The translations under genes and the position numbers were made by a program. The notes beneath the pieces are model-generated. The model had not been told where the DNA came from, made no database searches, and saw only the letters and a program-made list of their open reading frames with translations. Of a DNA stretch of 64,000 nt, positions 12,859 to 29,500 are shown piece by piece. The DNA is from Styela clava. Its lineage: Eukaryota. Positions within the stretch are counted from its first letter, which is position 1. Every line of letters starts with the position of its first letter. Location: the NCBI RefSeq assembly GCF_964204865.1, contig NC_135255.1:11098001-11162000 (forward strand), read 5' to 3'.

Positions 12859-14223
12859 CTACATGACGCTCTCCATAGGTTGAATTCGTGTTTTGTTGTT
12901 AGTCCTATATGACAAGTAACAATTCCAAAAAAGTGCAATACTTTGTGAATACAACATCCTGCGAATAGGACACAAAATTGGTAAGTTGAAAAATGAAAAC
13001 AAGTCATGTAATAAAAATAGTAAATGAAATCTTACCTGTATTGGAAAGGAACAAATTGAAAATTCACTATTTGAGCTGGGATCCATATCTTAAAAATATA
13101 ACCTTTTATTTACACAAAACAAAAACAATTCATGAGCTATGGATATTGTATATTTACCAGCCAATTAATCTTCAAAACATCAGGTAAATCATGTCTGATA
13201 CGATGTTTCATAGCCTTCGTTCCTTGACCAAATAATATGGTTTGCAAAACAAGGAATCCGAAGAGGAGGGGTGGAGACATAATGAACTAAAATAAGATAA
13301 AACAGTTTAATTTATGAACTCAAATATCATATGTATAATAATATAAAGTGTATACCTGATCCAAAAAGACATTGACTCCTGTTGAATATCCACGCATACT
13401 CAGAAACACATACCACATTGAAACTAAAGGACCCTGAAGAAATTTTAATTAAATCAATAAAGAAATAGCATAAATATCTGTGACTTATATTAAATATATA
13501 ATATGACTAATTATGAATATTCTCATGATTCAGTTCAATTTGCAAACTAAGATGTGCACGATTTAAAAATTGAAATTTGACATATAATGAAGTTAATCGA
13601 CTTTGAATAATACATAACAATAATCTTACAAGATACATTAAAGCACATGCTGCCATGATGGTTGTTCGTCGAAGGTCACAACCTTTTTTTTGCTCAACTA
13701 GTTTTTGTGAGATGACATCAGCAAATGTTGTGAGGATACCTTATATATGATAAGTAAAGCAGCTTTAAAAATACAACTCTCATGCCTGCATGCTGAGTGC
13801 AATTCCATCACTGGCACAACTGAAGTTATGAGAAGAAACAAGGTGTTTAAAAGATCAACAATGAATATCCAATAACAAAAGAGAAAATATCAGTAGATCA
13901 AATGAGTAATATGCAATAATGAAAATATGACATCTCAATTCATTCAGACAATACACAGATACCTGGATACAGCGGTGCAATACTATGCAGATATGGATCA
14001 TGCACATCTGAGAACAAGTTGAAATGGATGGCTGGATGGGAACTTTTCATTCATAAACCAATACCGGTAAATTGAACTGTCTATTCTATTTTCAGCATTA
14101 TTTCAATATAAAGACTGAAAAAAGGAAACGTTTACCTGCTGTGCCTGTTTGAGTTAGTAAAGGTCGTTGTTCCACAAGTTCTCCATAGGCTTTTAATAAC
14201 ACGTCGACGGTGAGTGTATTCAT
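12859..14223 (-). CDS. Mpv17/PMP22-family membrane protein, paralog B (exons 14223-14136, 13739-13630, 13433-13356, 13286-13158, 13088-13036, 12958-12859)
   Basis: MNTLTVDVLLKAYGELVEQRPLLTQTGTAG..ADVISQ..RRT..GPLVSMWY..LDQ..NWLIWIPAQIVNFQFVPFQYRMLYSQSIALFWNCYLSY; same intron positions as paralog A. Confidence 0.9.
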
Positions 14224-14686
14224 ATTTCCCAACCTACCGTACTGCAAAACTACACACACTGATGCAGCGTTGTTTGGAAGATACCCGTAACCAAAGTCAC
14301 TTTGCCCGTAACCTCTTGACGAACACTGACGAACGCTGACTGAACACGAAGTGAAATATGAGAAACTTTACTTCCGCATCGTGTTTCACGAATATTGTTT
14401 TTTTTTTATATTTATGTTATTAATACTTTAATAAATTTTGAATGTCTTCTAAAAATATATATATACATATAAAACTATTGTTAATTATCTTTGGAAACTG
14501 GTTTTGCAAAATTTTCGTTACGGTTCACCGAGAGCAAAACTGCTGAGCAATACAAGATTTCATGAATCATCATTCATGCGACGAGTTCCAGATCAGCGGT
14601 AGCTACTATATTGCTTAGTTTTCGTTTATTGATTTATGCTGCTAGATTAGTTCTGTTAATCCAGTAATTGTTTAAATTTGCTAAAG

Positions 14687-19377
<4,691 letters not shown>

Positions 19378-19724
19378 AATCTTTTGCCAACCAAGAATAA
19401 TTATCAGGACCTATAAAGTTCAAGGCACATTACAAACTTGCATGAATAACTATTTATTGTGTTTAACAACATCAATCCATGCCAACTGCTTAGTCAAGAG
19501 CTTATGCCTCACTTTTGTGCATAGTTTCAAAACTAAACTTGTTGGCATGAGCACACGATAGAGATATATAGGTTATGAGAAGATCTTATTGCACTGTACT
19601 CATTGTACGAAAACATACAACACGGATTCACATGATGTGCAGAAGCATAATTTCCAGTCTCTTGAATGTATATAAACAAACGATTTTGCAATAAAATTAA
19701 AAAATAAATAGGATTCAGTCTTGT

Positions 19725-22447
19725 TTATTTCCGTTCTTTGCCGACGAAGTCCAAAGTTATCTTGTAGTAAACATACGGGTAATATTCCTGTGTGCCCATA
19801 GTGAGACTATGAACTGTGTGGTCATCCTGAAAGAGTAATGTGCATTTGAAAGGGTTAAAACTTGAGATCGGCTCAGATTTGTGCAACATTAAAAACCAGT
19901 TGAATATCACTTTCCACTCCTATAATTGGTTGTAAAATCAAAGGGACCAAATCTCTCAAATTATTGTAGGATATTGGAAGTAAGCATGCACCTTGGTATA
20001 CATACCTCTGTCACATTTGAAAGTCCTGTGCTGTCTAGGTCTCTGTACAAATCTTTTAAAGTCTCTCGTAATTTCTTTTGTTGCTTTTTCTGTGGCTGAA
20101 GAACTACCGCTTGAAAATTGACAGGAAGACCATATCTGAATTTCACAATAAAAATTTAACATTATTGAATCATTGAACATGGATATAAGAAATTCAAAAA
20201 TATGACACCAACCGTAAAACAGATTCAACAAACACCCTCAGCGCTTTTACATGAATCCATGCACTGAACACTTCGCCAAAGTTGACCTTCAACCATCTTA
20301 ATAAAGGTCCCTACAATAATGAAAAGAAGCAAAACTCAAGCAAATGTTAAACATAACATCAATAATATTAAATTTAACGACATTCAACTATACAACGTAA
20401 CCTACCAGCATTTTCTTTTTATCTGATTCAAGCTTACTCAGCTGATCTCTGTCTGCATTTAAATCTTGTTGATTATATTGAAACTCGCGAACAAAAAATC
20501 TGCAATAATAGTATTGCATGGTGGTTACATAATGGAAAGATAGATGAGAATCATCTTAATTTATATTAACTTACTTATTTCTAGAGCATTTGTGTTTGAA
20601 ATCATCCAAAACTTTACGAAATAATGTCACATTCCATAAACCATATTCATTGTCCTCGTATAGTAACCTGAAAAAAGTCATATTTAATCAAATATATATC
20701 AGATAGTAATTACAATGTATGATACGAGCATAGTTGACTGCAGGGCTGTGAAGCAGAGAAAAATCTACAACCGACTGAGGGCTATTAAAAAAAAGAACTC
20801 CAGAATACCAGCTTTGGGAAAACCAGATTTTCATGGAGTCTATGCACATTTTCCTAAATTAATGATCTTGGACTTTTGAAAAACTGTCTTCAAATATCAC
20901 TATTAAAATTCTAAATTTTCAACTCCATTATCAATAGTAACATGCGAGACAAGTTGCCTTTATACATATAACATACCTGCTGGATTTTGGCACGACATAA
21001 TCGGTCAAAGTCTCATACGAGCTTGTCCAGTCTTTGTATAGTGCACTACCAAAAGATAAACATTATTTAAGTGCCATGATTTTCATGGAAAAAAATCATT
21101 TCAAAAATTAAAAAAATACTTACACTGGAATAGCTACCAGAATTGTTACTAAATATTCAGAATCTAGAATAAAATCATCTTCTTTGACAAGATCGTTCAG
21201 ATTTCTCAGCAGCAAACTCCCCCTGAGATAGATACATTCATTAGGAATATAAGGAATGTCATCGTCAAACCCATATCAGATAAGTTGATACTCACGTCGT
21301 TTTTCTTTCATAACTTTGCAAATTGGTTTTTATAGCATTATAAGCTTGAGATTTTGTTTTCAAATCTGTTTCTACTTGTGATACATTTTTTGATATGACA
21401 TCAGCAAGATTTTTTAATGATTGTTTTGCAGGATATTTTGCTAAATCCCACTGGAAATGACACAGGAACTCTGCAAGCGGTTCTGTAATATAACAAGTAG
21501 GAATGCTTAGGTTTTTAGTTTCATGTTCACCCTGGCATGCAGAACTATAATGTATGAACTTAACGCTGACTTAAAATAATATATAATTTGTCCCCTCACA
21601 GCAATCTATTCAATACCAATACGAAGAATTTTAAATATCAACTGTATAGAACTGTTTTAAAAGGTTGACAAGCCAAAGATCTCAAATAAATCATGAAAAA
21701 TATGTAAGTCACTGTTTTCTAAAATATCGGCAACAAAAAGTTTGAGATATTATATAATATGAGTTTTACTGCCTATTGGCCTACTTTTTCCAATATGACA
21801 TTCATCAAAAAGACCTTGAATAAGAAAACAGCAACCATGTTCCATGGAATAGTATTCATGGCAGACAATAGAGCTTTGTTTTACAGTACATACCAAACAG
21901 AACAACTAAATAGGTCTATATCAACAAAAATATTCTTGAACATACTTCCATTCACAATGAGGTTACTGCCAAGTTTATCGCGCTGTCCCTCCAGAACATC
22001 ACCCATGTATCCAGCAACTTTCTTTGCCACTCTGTCAATGTAACATTTATTGCTTTTATTTTATTCGAAAAAATATACTCAAAATTAATACATAAATGTA
22101 TTCATCAGTATTTAAATGCCGGAAGGTATGATGATATTTTATATTTCGATGTAAAGAATTTGAGAACTTGAAACCTAACCTATTGAGGAGAAGAAAATAT
22201 ATTTTGCCAATGGTAATGATACAAGATGTAACAATACTCACAATTCAGAGTAGGAATCTAGTTTTCCTAGTTCATCAGAGAGTCCGATTAATGAATCAAG
22301 TGTTCCCACTTTCAATTCAGGAATGTTGAATTTGTAGTTTTGAGCCAATGGCAAAGATGTGTTTCGAATTGTTGCATTTACCAACTTTTCAAACGTTTCA
22401 CGAGGAGTTCTGTCACCTGGTGCACTAATTAACCAAAATTCTTCCAT
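19725..22447 (-). CDS. ATP6V1C1: V-type proton ATPase subunit C (multi-exon)
   Basis: [32 protein letters not shown]; FQWDLAKYP; LDSEYLVT; [29 protein letters not shown]|YGLPVNFQA; [10 protein letters not shown]. Confidence 0.95.
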
Positions 22448-22588
22448 ATTTGATTAGTTTTAAAGTTTATGGTATTGATCTTTACAAAAAGTATACCTGA
22501 ATATAGAAAAATATGGATGACTGGATGAATCAAAAAACGCATTTCCTGATTCCTGCGTCCTGTACTGTCTTAGCTAACATGCAGTCAG

Positions 22589-22932
22589 TAGGATAGGATA
22601 GGATTTTACATATTTATCCCGGGGGAGAGGAAAGCCGATAAGACGGCTTATCCATATGGCGAACCACGGCCTCTCGTCCGGTTACCATTCCAAGTCGGGT
22701 ATGGGATTAGTTTTACTGTATTGTTTGTTTTCGGAAGCATGGACTTGGTGGTGGAGGAAGCCGTAACCGACCAGTGGTTACGTGAACCACCCAACGACGG
22801 CGAGGAGTCCAGCAATCCTCTCGCACATAACCATCCCTGCATGGGATTCGAACCTGCGAACCCACGCAGAGTAGTTAGAGGTGCGGTGGCGAGCGTATTC
22901 CTAACGCTTAGCCCGTTGAGCCACACCGCCGC
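22589..22932 (-). mobile_element. tRNA-derived SINE, most complete copy
   Basis: Minus strand: A box TGGCTCAACGGG, B box GGTTCGAATCC, unique body, (ATCCT)n tail; further copies at about 42695, 44717, 45720 and 50909. Confidence 0.88.
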
Positions 22933-23349
22933 GCCGAAAAGCCGCGTATCTATAATAAATGCAGAAATGATTTTCTAAATCATTAGCTCGCGACGTTCAG
23001 AATAAATCTGATAAAGCAATGATACCCTGCCATATACCTAACCATCTCAGCATACTGGCATTTGCAACAAAAACCCAAACAACCGACTATACCTATATAT
23101 TGATCTGCAAGCCAATCCTGAACAAGGCATCAATAGAAAATTTTTTGGTCACGAGACCGTCAATCAAAAATTCATTCATGCATATAAAATCTCGTGAAAG
23201 GTCACGACTCACGATAAAAGACAGCTTGATATTTTTGCAACATGTCGCACAAAAAATTACAGAATTCATTTTTCATTTTTTTCATTTATTATATTTCATA
23301 CAAATAAAAAAAAAAAGTAAAACGACACCGTTATGAAACGATTCAAACC

Positions 23350-23562
23350 TCATCATATTTGTCAAGAAAGCTTTTACCCGTCCTATCTTCTTTTTTTTTT
23401 TATGGGTACTTTCAGTGCATACGTCTAATATAATTTTAACTTTGAAAACCCCCAAAATAATTTGTGATTATGACGTAACAAAATCTTCATCAGCTGATAA
23501 TAATTTAAGCGAGCTCACCACGTGACGCGTGTGCTTTTGTTTCACTCCGAAACTCAAAGAAA
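23350..23562. promoter_or_regulatory. Bidirectional promoter ATP6V1C/DEAF1 with CLEAR-like E-box (GTCACGTGG, 23518-23526) and CRE-like TGACGTAA (23471)
   Basis: Divergent genes; motif matches in a locally more GC-rich stretch just upstream of the DEAF1 ATG. Confidence 0.55.
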
Positions 23563-26500
23563 ATGTCCGAGCAGGCGCGCTCTTTGCCGATAAGTGGCGA
23601 ATCAGCTGAGGAGAAATCGCAGAGTTGCAATGGATCCGGAGTTGAAATTACTGTGCATGAAGTAAGTCACAGCTTTTCTAATTTCCGCTTTTAGTTTTGG
23701 TGTTTGTGAATAACAATTAACACTGTCTGAACCTGCCCAGCCATTCTGCAAATAAAGGATTGCAACAAACCGTTTCTACATGTCAGCATGTAGGCAATAC
23801 AGAAATAGATGGATAGGCTTCTCCTTGTTCAGTTGTTGGGTAACTTGTCCAAGTCTTGTTTGGAGTAATATTGGGAAACTACTTCCTAAGTCTGTGAGTA
23901 GGTCTGGAATGATGACGTGCTTGGAATAAGAGTTGGGAATACACTACTCGAGACAGCAAGGCCTTTGAAAAATATTTTGTTTGGAATGAACCAATAAAGA
24001 TTCACTCACCCTAGTTTGTAGTAACCTGTAGTTGAAATCTGTACATGCAGACATGGACATACTTAAACATGACAATCTTATAATTTAGGAATTACAAACT
24101 GAATCAGAATATCAGTTGAATTCAAATGTTGCAGTGAAATCTGATCAACAATCTTTTGATGATTCTGTTTTCCTCACAATATCAAATAGAGGAGATGTTG
24201 AAGAAAATGTCACAGGTATATTATATTTTTAACATGTCAGGTAGGCTACTGTTTTATTAACTGTTTTGATTAGCAAAGTAGGAAAATTTGAAGTCCCATA
24301 CAGTTACATTATTGCATTACTTTGAATATCTTCCAAGTAGTGGAGAATTGCCGCCATCTAGTTTTTTTAGACTGCCAAAGGTGGATTCCTCATTTTTTAT
24401 TACTGATCTATGCAGCTCTTAAATGTGACACTTTCTTCTTATTGACTTATCAATGGAACATGTTTCCTATTGTATGTGAAAGCTTGCAAACTGACTGTGT
24501 GATAAAAAAAGTCACATGCAATTACATCATTGTATTGCTTTAAATATCTTCCAAAATATTTGATTCGATTCTGAAATCATCAGGTCTTTGAAAATACCCA
24601 GCTTTATCAAACACTGTGAATAATTTTCACTCATTCCTGCATTTGTATAGGCGAACAAGAATCTGCAGAACCAACAATAACAACTTTGAACACAGTCAAG
24701 AGTACTATTCAAGATGAGAATGAACCTTTGGTGAATATCATGAGTCATATTGAAGGATTGTATGTATATCAGTACTCGAATATTTCATACAAATATGATA
24801 CACTTATTCTATTATTTAAAAGGGGTCATAAAAGACTTTTTCAGTCTTCCGGTGAATTCTGCCAAGGAAACAGCTGAATGAAGGAATGTTCTTGTTGATA
24901 AATTTTTAGCAGTTAAATTTCATTATGTGAATGAAAACTAATTTAACATTTGTAGCAGCAACAAAGGATAAAAAGTTCAAACAAACAAAGGCCATTGCAA
25001 ATTGCAATATAATTCTTTTATAAAAAATGAATCTTTTTCATTTCAGAATACAAATGAAAGCCAGTGCTTTCCTGCACAATTACCAACTTTTTCAAATGAT
25101 CAACCAAATGAACTCATGTAAGTTGTTGCTACCTAGGATGGTGAAATCATATGCAGCACACAGAATTAACAAGTTTATTCTCTTTTTGCAGAACTCCATC
25201 AATTAATGTTTCAACCGCCTCATCAAACTTATCCACTGTTATTGAAGATGTCAAATCAAAACAAAGAAAAATTTGTAAGAAATTCCATGGTGCCGTTTAG
25301 GTCTGCGATCTCACTTGCTTAATGTGATCTCAATCGCATAATGTTATTCTCATGAGTCATGACATATTTCATGATTCCTAACCCTAACTAAAATTGCTGA
25401 GATCGAATACCAAAGTAACACCAAATTCTCTTTAATACTTCTAATTTTTCATGTACCTGAAGCAGTTACAGTTGCAAATTTTGGAAAAAATATTGGCGCT
25501 CCCAAAGTATGTGCACCAAGATGGCGCACAACCTGAACCATATCCTGGAACAACTACTATGTTCAGGTTGTGCGCCATCTTGGTGCACATACTTCTGGAG
25601 GTCCCAAATATTCTATATCTTACTTTTCCTCATTTTGAAATCTTGAAACAAGAACGCTTTAATGATTTTATTAGTTATTATTGTTCAAATCACTCAGTTT
25701 CAAGAAGATAAGATAGATAGAAATAGTACAGATGTTCGCCACTTATCGTGGGGCTATTTTTCTTGGGGAAGGCTGAAATTTTTTGCCAGTTGGACTCCTA
25801 TTTTCAAAACTAATTTTTGGTAATGTCCTCAATAACCAAAAGTTGTGTGAAATCACTGTGTAGTGTGTATATACATTTTTTAAATGGTTACATAACTCTA
25901 ATATATTTGTAGTTTTAACAATGAACTTAGTATTTGATCAGTATTAGGATACTTTGATTAATATATATAACAGTTTCTATTTCATATGTAAAATAAAAAT
26001 TAATTTGCATATTTTACTTTTCAGCAAAGCGTACTTTGATTAATCCATATAATAGTTCCCATTTCATATTTAAAATAAAAATTAATTTGCATATTTTTCT
26101 TTTCAGCAAATCCACTTGCACAACCTGAAGTTTCATTTACAGATGCTAAAGAAACTGAACTGTATTCAAAATTAACAGTTACCAATGAAATTCCAATAAC
26201 ATGTAAAAGAAACCATGCATTTCTGTATAAAAATAAATTGGGATCAGGTTCGATTTTGTTGTGTATTTTGTTTACCATTTCAATCACTATACTTTTGCAA
26301 ACTTTGGTTTTCTAATTGCTAATTTGAGTTCTGAAAATGACAAGCTTTTCAATGTTATTGGACCAGAAGTCGACCTATGGATTGTTATGATTTCTAATTA
26401 TCAGTGATTGTTGTTGTTGCTAGATAGATATTATTTTTATTTATTTCGAAAATTTCTGTGGGATTCGTTTTTACTTCGACATTTTGACTGGTGGCATAAA

Positions 26501-29500
26501 CAAAATTTAAAATAATCGTAGCGGTTTCGCGCCGGCATGTCAGCGGATCTCTCTTAGCGAAAGTCTGAACATTTTTATGGGTACTGTAGACCAGGGCTAC
26601 TCAACTGGCGGACCGCGGTCCGAATCCGGACCTTTCGGGTATTCGATTCGGACCGCGTAAAATTCTTTATTTTGGATCATTAGCCCCACTTTTGAAGTTT
26701 CCTTTTATGAAAATCACTTTTATAGATTTAAAAATATATATGAAAAGAACTATAACGCCATAATGAACAATCTTGACAATCTTATCATTAGTCGACCCGA
26801 GGAATTGCGTGTTTAAAGATGCCGAAATATAATTTCTGGGAAGTCCGGACCCAAATATATTTGAAGTTTTGTATGCGAACCTTCGGTAAAAATAGTTGAG
26901 TAGCCCTGCTGTAGACTACAGGGAATTGTTGGTAAAAAAATTTGTTTTGCGATTTTTAATGCTTTGTCCATAATATATTGCTATCTTGTTATTAAAACAT
27001 TACCTATGAAATGCAGGTTAACATGTATATCCAATTTTGAACGCATTCCCGATTTTAATCAGAACGATTTGAACTGTGTTGTTGTGTGAACAACTTTCTA
27101 CCTGCTTGGTATCACATATCTTGTGTAGAATTGCCCATCGTTCATCTATATATTTGTACCTATGGCAGTCAAAAGTGTTTTTTTTTTAATTCTTTGACAT
27201 TCTAATAATGAATGTGGGCTATAGAATTTATATAAAATGAACTATAGACAAGTTATGTTCGCACAGGGTTACATTGAATCTTACAAGGATCTTCTATCTA
27301 TAACTACCAATCTGTCTTAAAATATTTGAGAAGACGCATTTTCACCACAGTAGAAGCTGTAACTACAACTACATTAGCTACCGAGTCTACATTCACAGTC
27401 GCATGATTTATTTGTCCAATGGCAACAGGCAAGGCAATTTTGGGGGTACACGAGCTATCTATGATTTGCCCAAAGGATACCTATTTACATTCGAGTTTGG
27501 GAAACCCTGCTATAGATCATCTCTTTTCATGATTTTGATTTGAATCTACGATTATTTTGTTCTTAATTTCATTGTATATCGTATAATATTTTAGGGAGGA
27601 AAGGAAAATGTATAAAATTTGCCGATGAATGGTACACCCCATCTGAGTTTGAAATATTCAGTGGTTTGGAAATGTCTAAAGATTGGAAAAGAAGTTTGAG
27701 ATATGGAGGAAGATCTCTTCTGAATTTAGTTAATCGTGGATATCTTCGGCCTCATGCAGCAACATGTACTTGCGGTATTTGCAGTGAAGATCCATCATTG
27801 GTATGTTTCGTTTTTTTTCTTCACTAATGGTACTTTATACATGTTTAAATTGTGTTGTATGATCGATCAAATTCTGCTTTGTCTATTGCTATTTGAATAC
27901 AATGAATGGATTCATTTGTTCACATTCCGGATTGATTTGAAAAGATGTTTGTAATATTCATATAGAAGAGTGGTTCTCCAACTTTTTAAGCTGCGGCGCG
28001 CCCCCTTTTTAGAATTTGTCAAGTCTTGCACCCAATTTCAAAAATAACTATCTCTCAATATACTTACAAATAACAGATAGTAAGGCGAATATATGTTTTA
28101 TTCGAAAATAAAAAGTTGAAAATACTGGATGGAATGTAAATAATGAAATAAAGGAAAATTTTTTTAAATGTAACTACCCAAAACAAAACGGACAAGATCA
28201 AACCTAACAAATATTTTCTTGTTAATTTGCTTCACGCCCCCCTCGAAACTTGTCTACACCCCCCTCGTGAGGCGTTCGAGAACCACTGGTTTAGATTGTG
28301 CTTGATTGAGAAATTGATAAAAAACTATTTTTTAGTATTTTCATTAAAAGCACCATTCATGCTTGGTTATTAGGTAAATTCAATACTAACATTGACAATG
28401 TTTTTGCGGAATACCTATATAATAATTTAGTAATGTTAAAGAATCTTTCATTTTCAAATCTGCTCATTTTGATGGCAAGAGTACATTATATAAAGCAATA
28501 TGATCATGTAGTACTTATTTTATTCGGTAGGTATTCGTAAATATTCTGATATCGATTGACATGTAATTTTGCTTTTTATGCTAGTTAAGACTTTGTCAGA
28601 TATACTGTGAGTTAGTTTATTGAAATGTTAATTTTGTTTACATTCCATTCATACTTATCGATCAGGGACTCTTTTATGTTTTTTTTTATATCATGTTTTG
28701 CATTTTTTTTTTATAAATTTTTTAACTATTGGTCCTCCTATTTGTTATACATCTACTTTATCACCTTCCTCTTTTATTCCAGACAGGGCCTGTACTTTAC
28801 TACACTCCAAAAATTCGAAGAAAACGTAGTGCAACTGCATCATTGTCTACTGGATCTTTGTCTGTGGAGCATGATAGTTTTCGACCGAGTACTGCACCAC
28901 CAATAAAGCAATTTTCACAACCATTTGCGATTTCGAATCCAAGACTAACTTTTGGTAAATTGGTTTGTTATTTTTCTTATGTTAACTGTTTGCTGAACTC
29001 TTGCGTTCATTTTCAAAGTCAAGCTTGATATTCTAAATCAGTGGTCGTCAAACTGCGCGGCAAATGCGCGGAGTTTTCGTGGCCCTCGAATGACCCCACT
29101 TTTACTGCATAAAACAAAAATTGCTCATAAATATTTTATCTGTGTATGCATTTATGTCATAACAATGGCTGTTGTACTGCGATTGTTTTGTAGTAAGTAG
29201 CGTAAACAAAAACTCATGTTAGTTGTATGTCGTTTACTTGCCGAACTTGCCTAATGTCAGTTGTAATATTTTTATTTTAAAGATTTGGCATTTAAATGTC
29301 TGAGAAACGTAAAAATGTTGGCGATGAACATTCCAAAGTGCTTTGACAGAAGAAAATTTCTTTGTTAAGCATTATCCAAACCAGTAGCGAGGTCGCCCTA
29401 TTTTGAGGTTTAATGTGGCGATTGTTTATGGGGGAATATGAATGTCGGCCGCATGTGTGTAAACAAGTGTAAACCGCCGGCTCTGTGTGGAGGCACAGGT

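Noticed and set aside
22830-22932. tRNA gene
   Set aside because: A and B boxes are present but there is no clean cloverleaf, and it is fused to a repeated SINE body and tail
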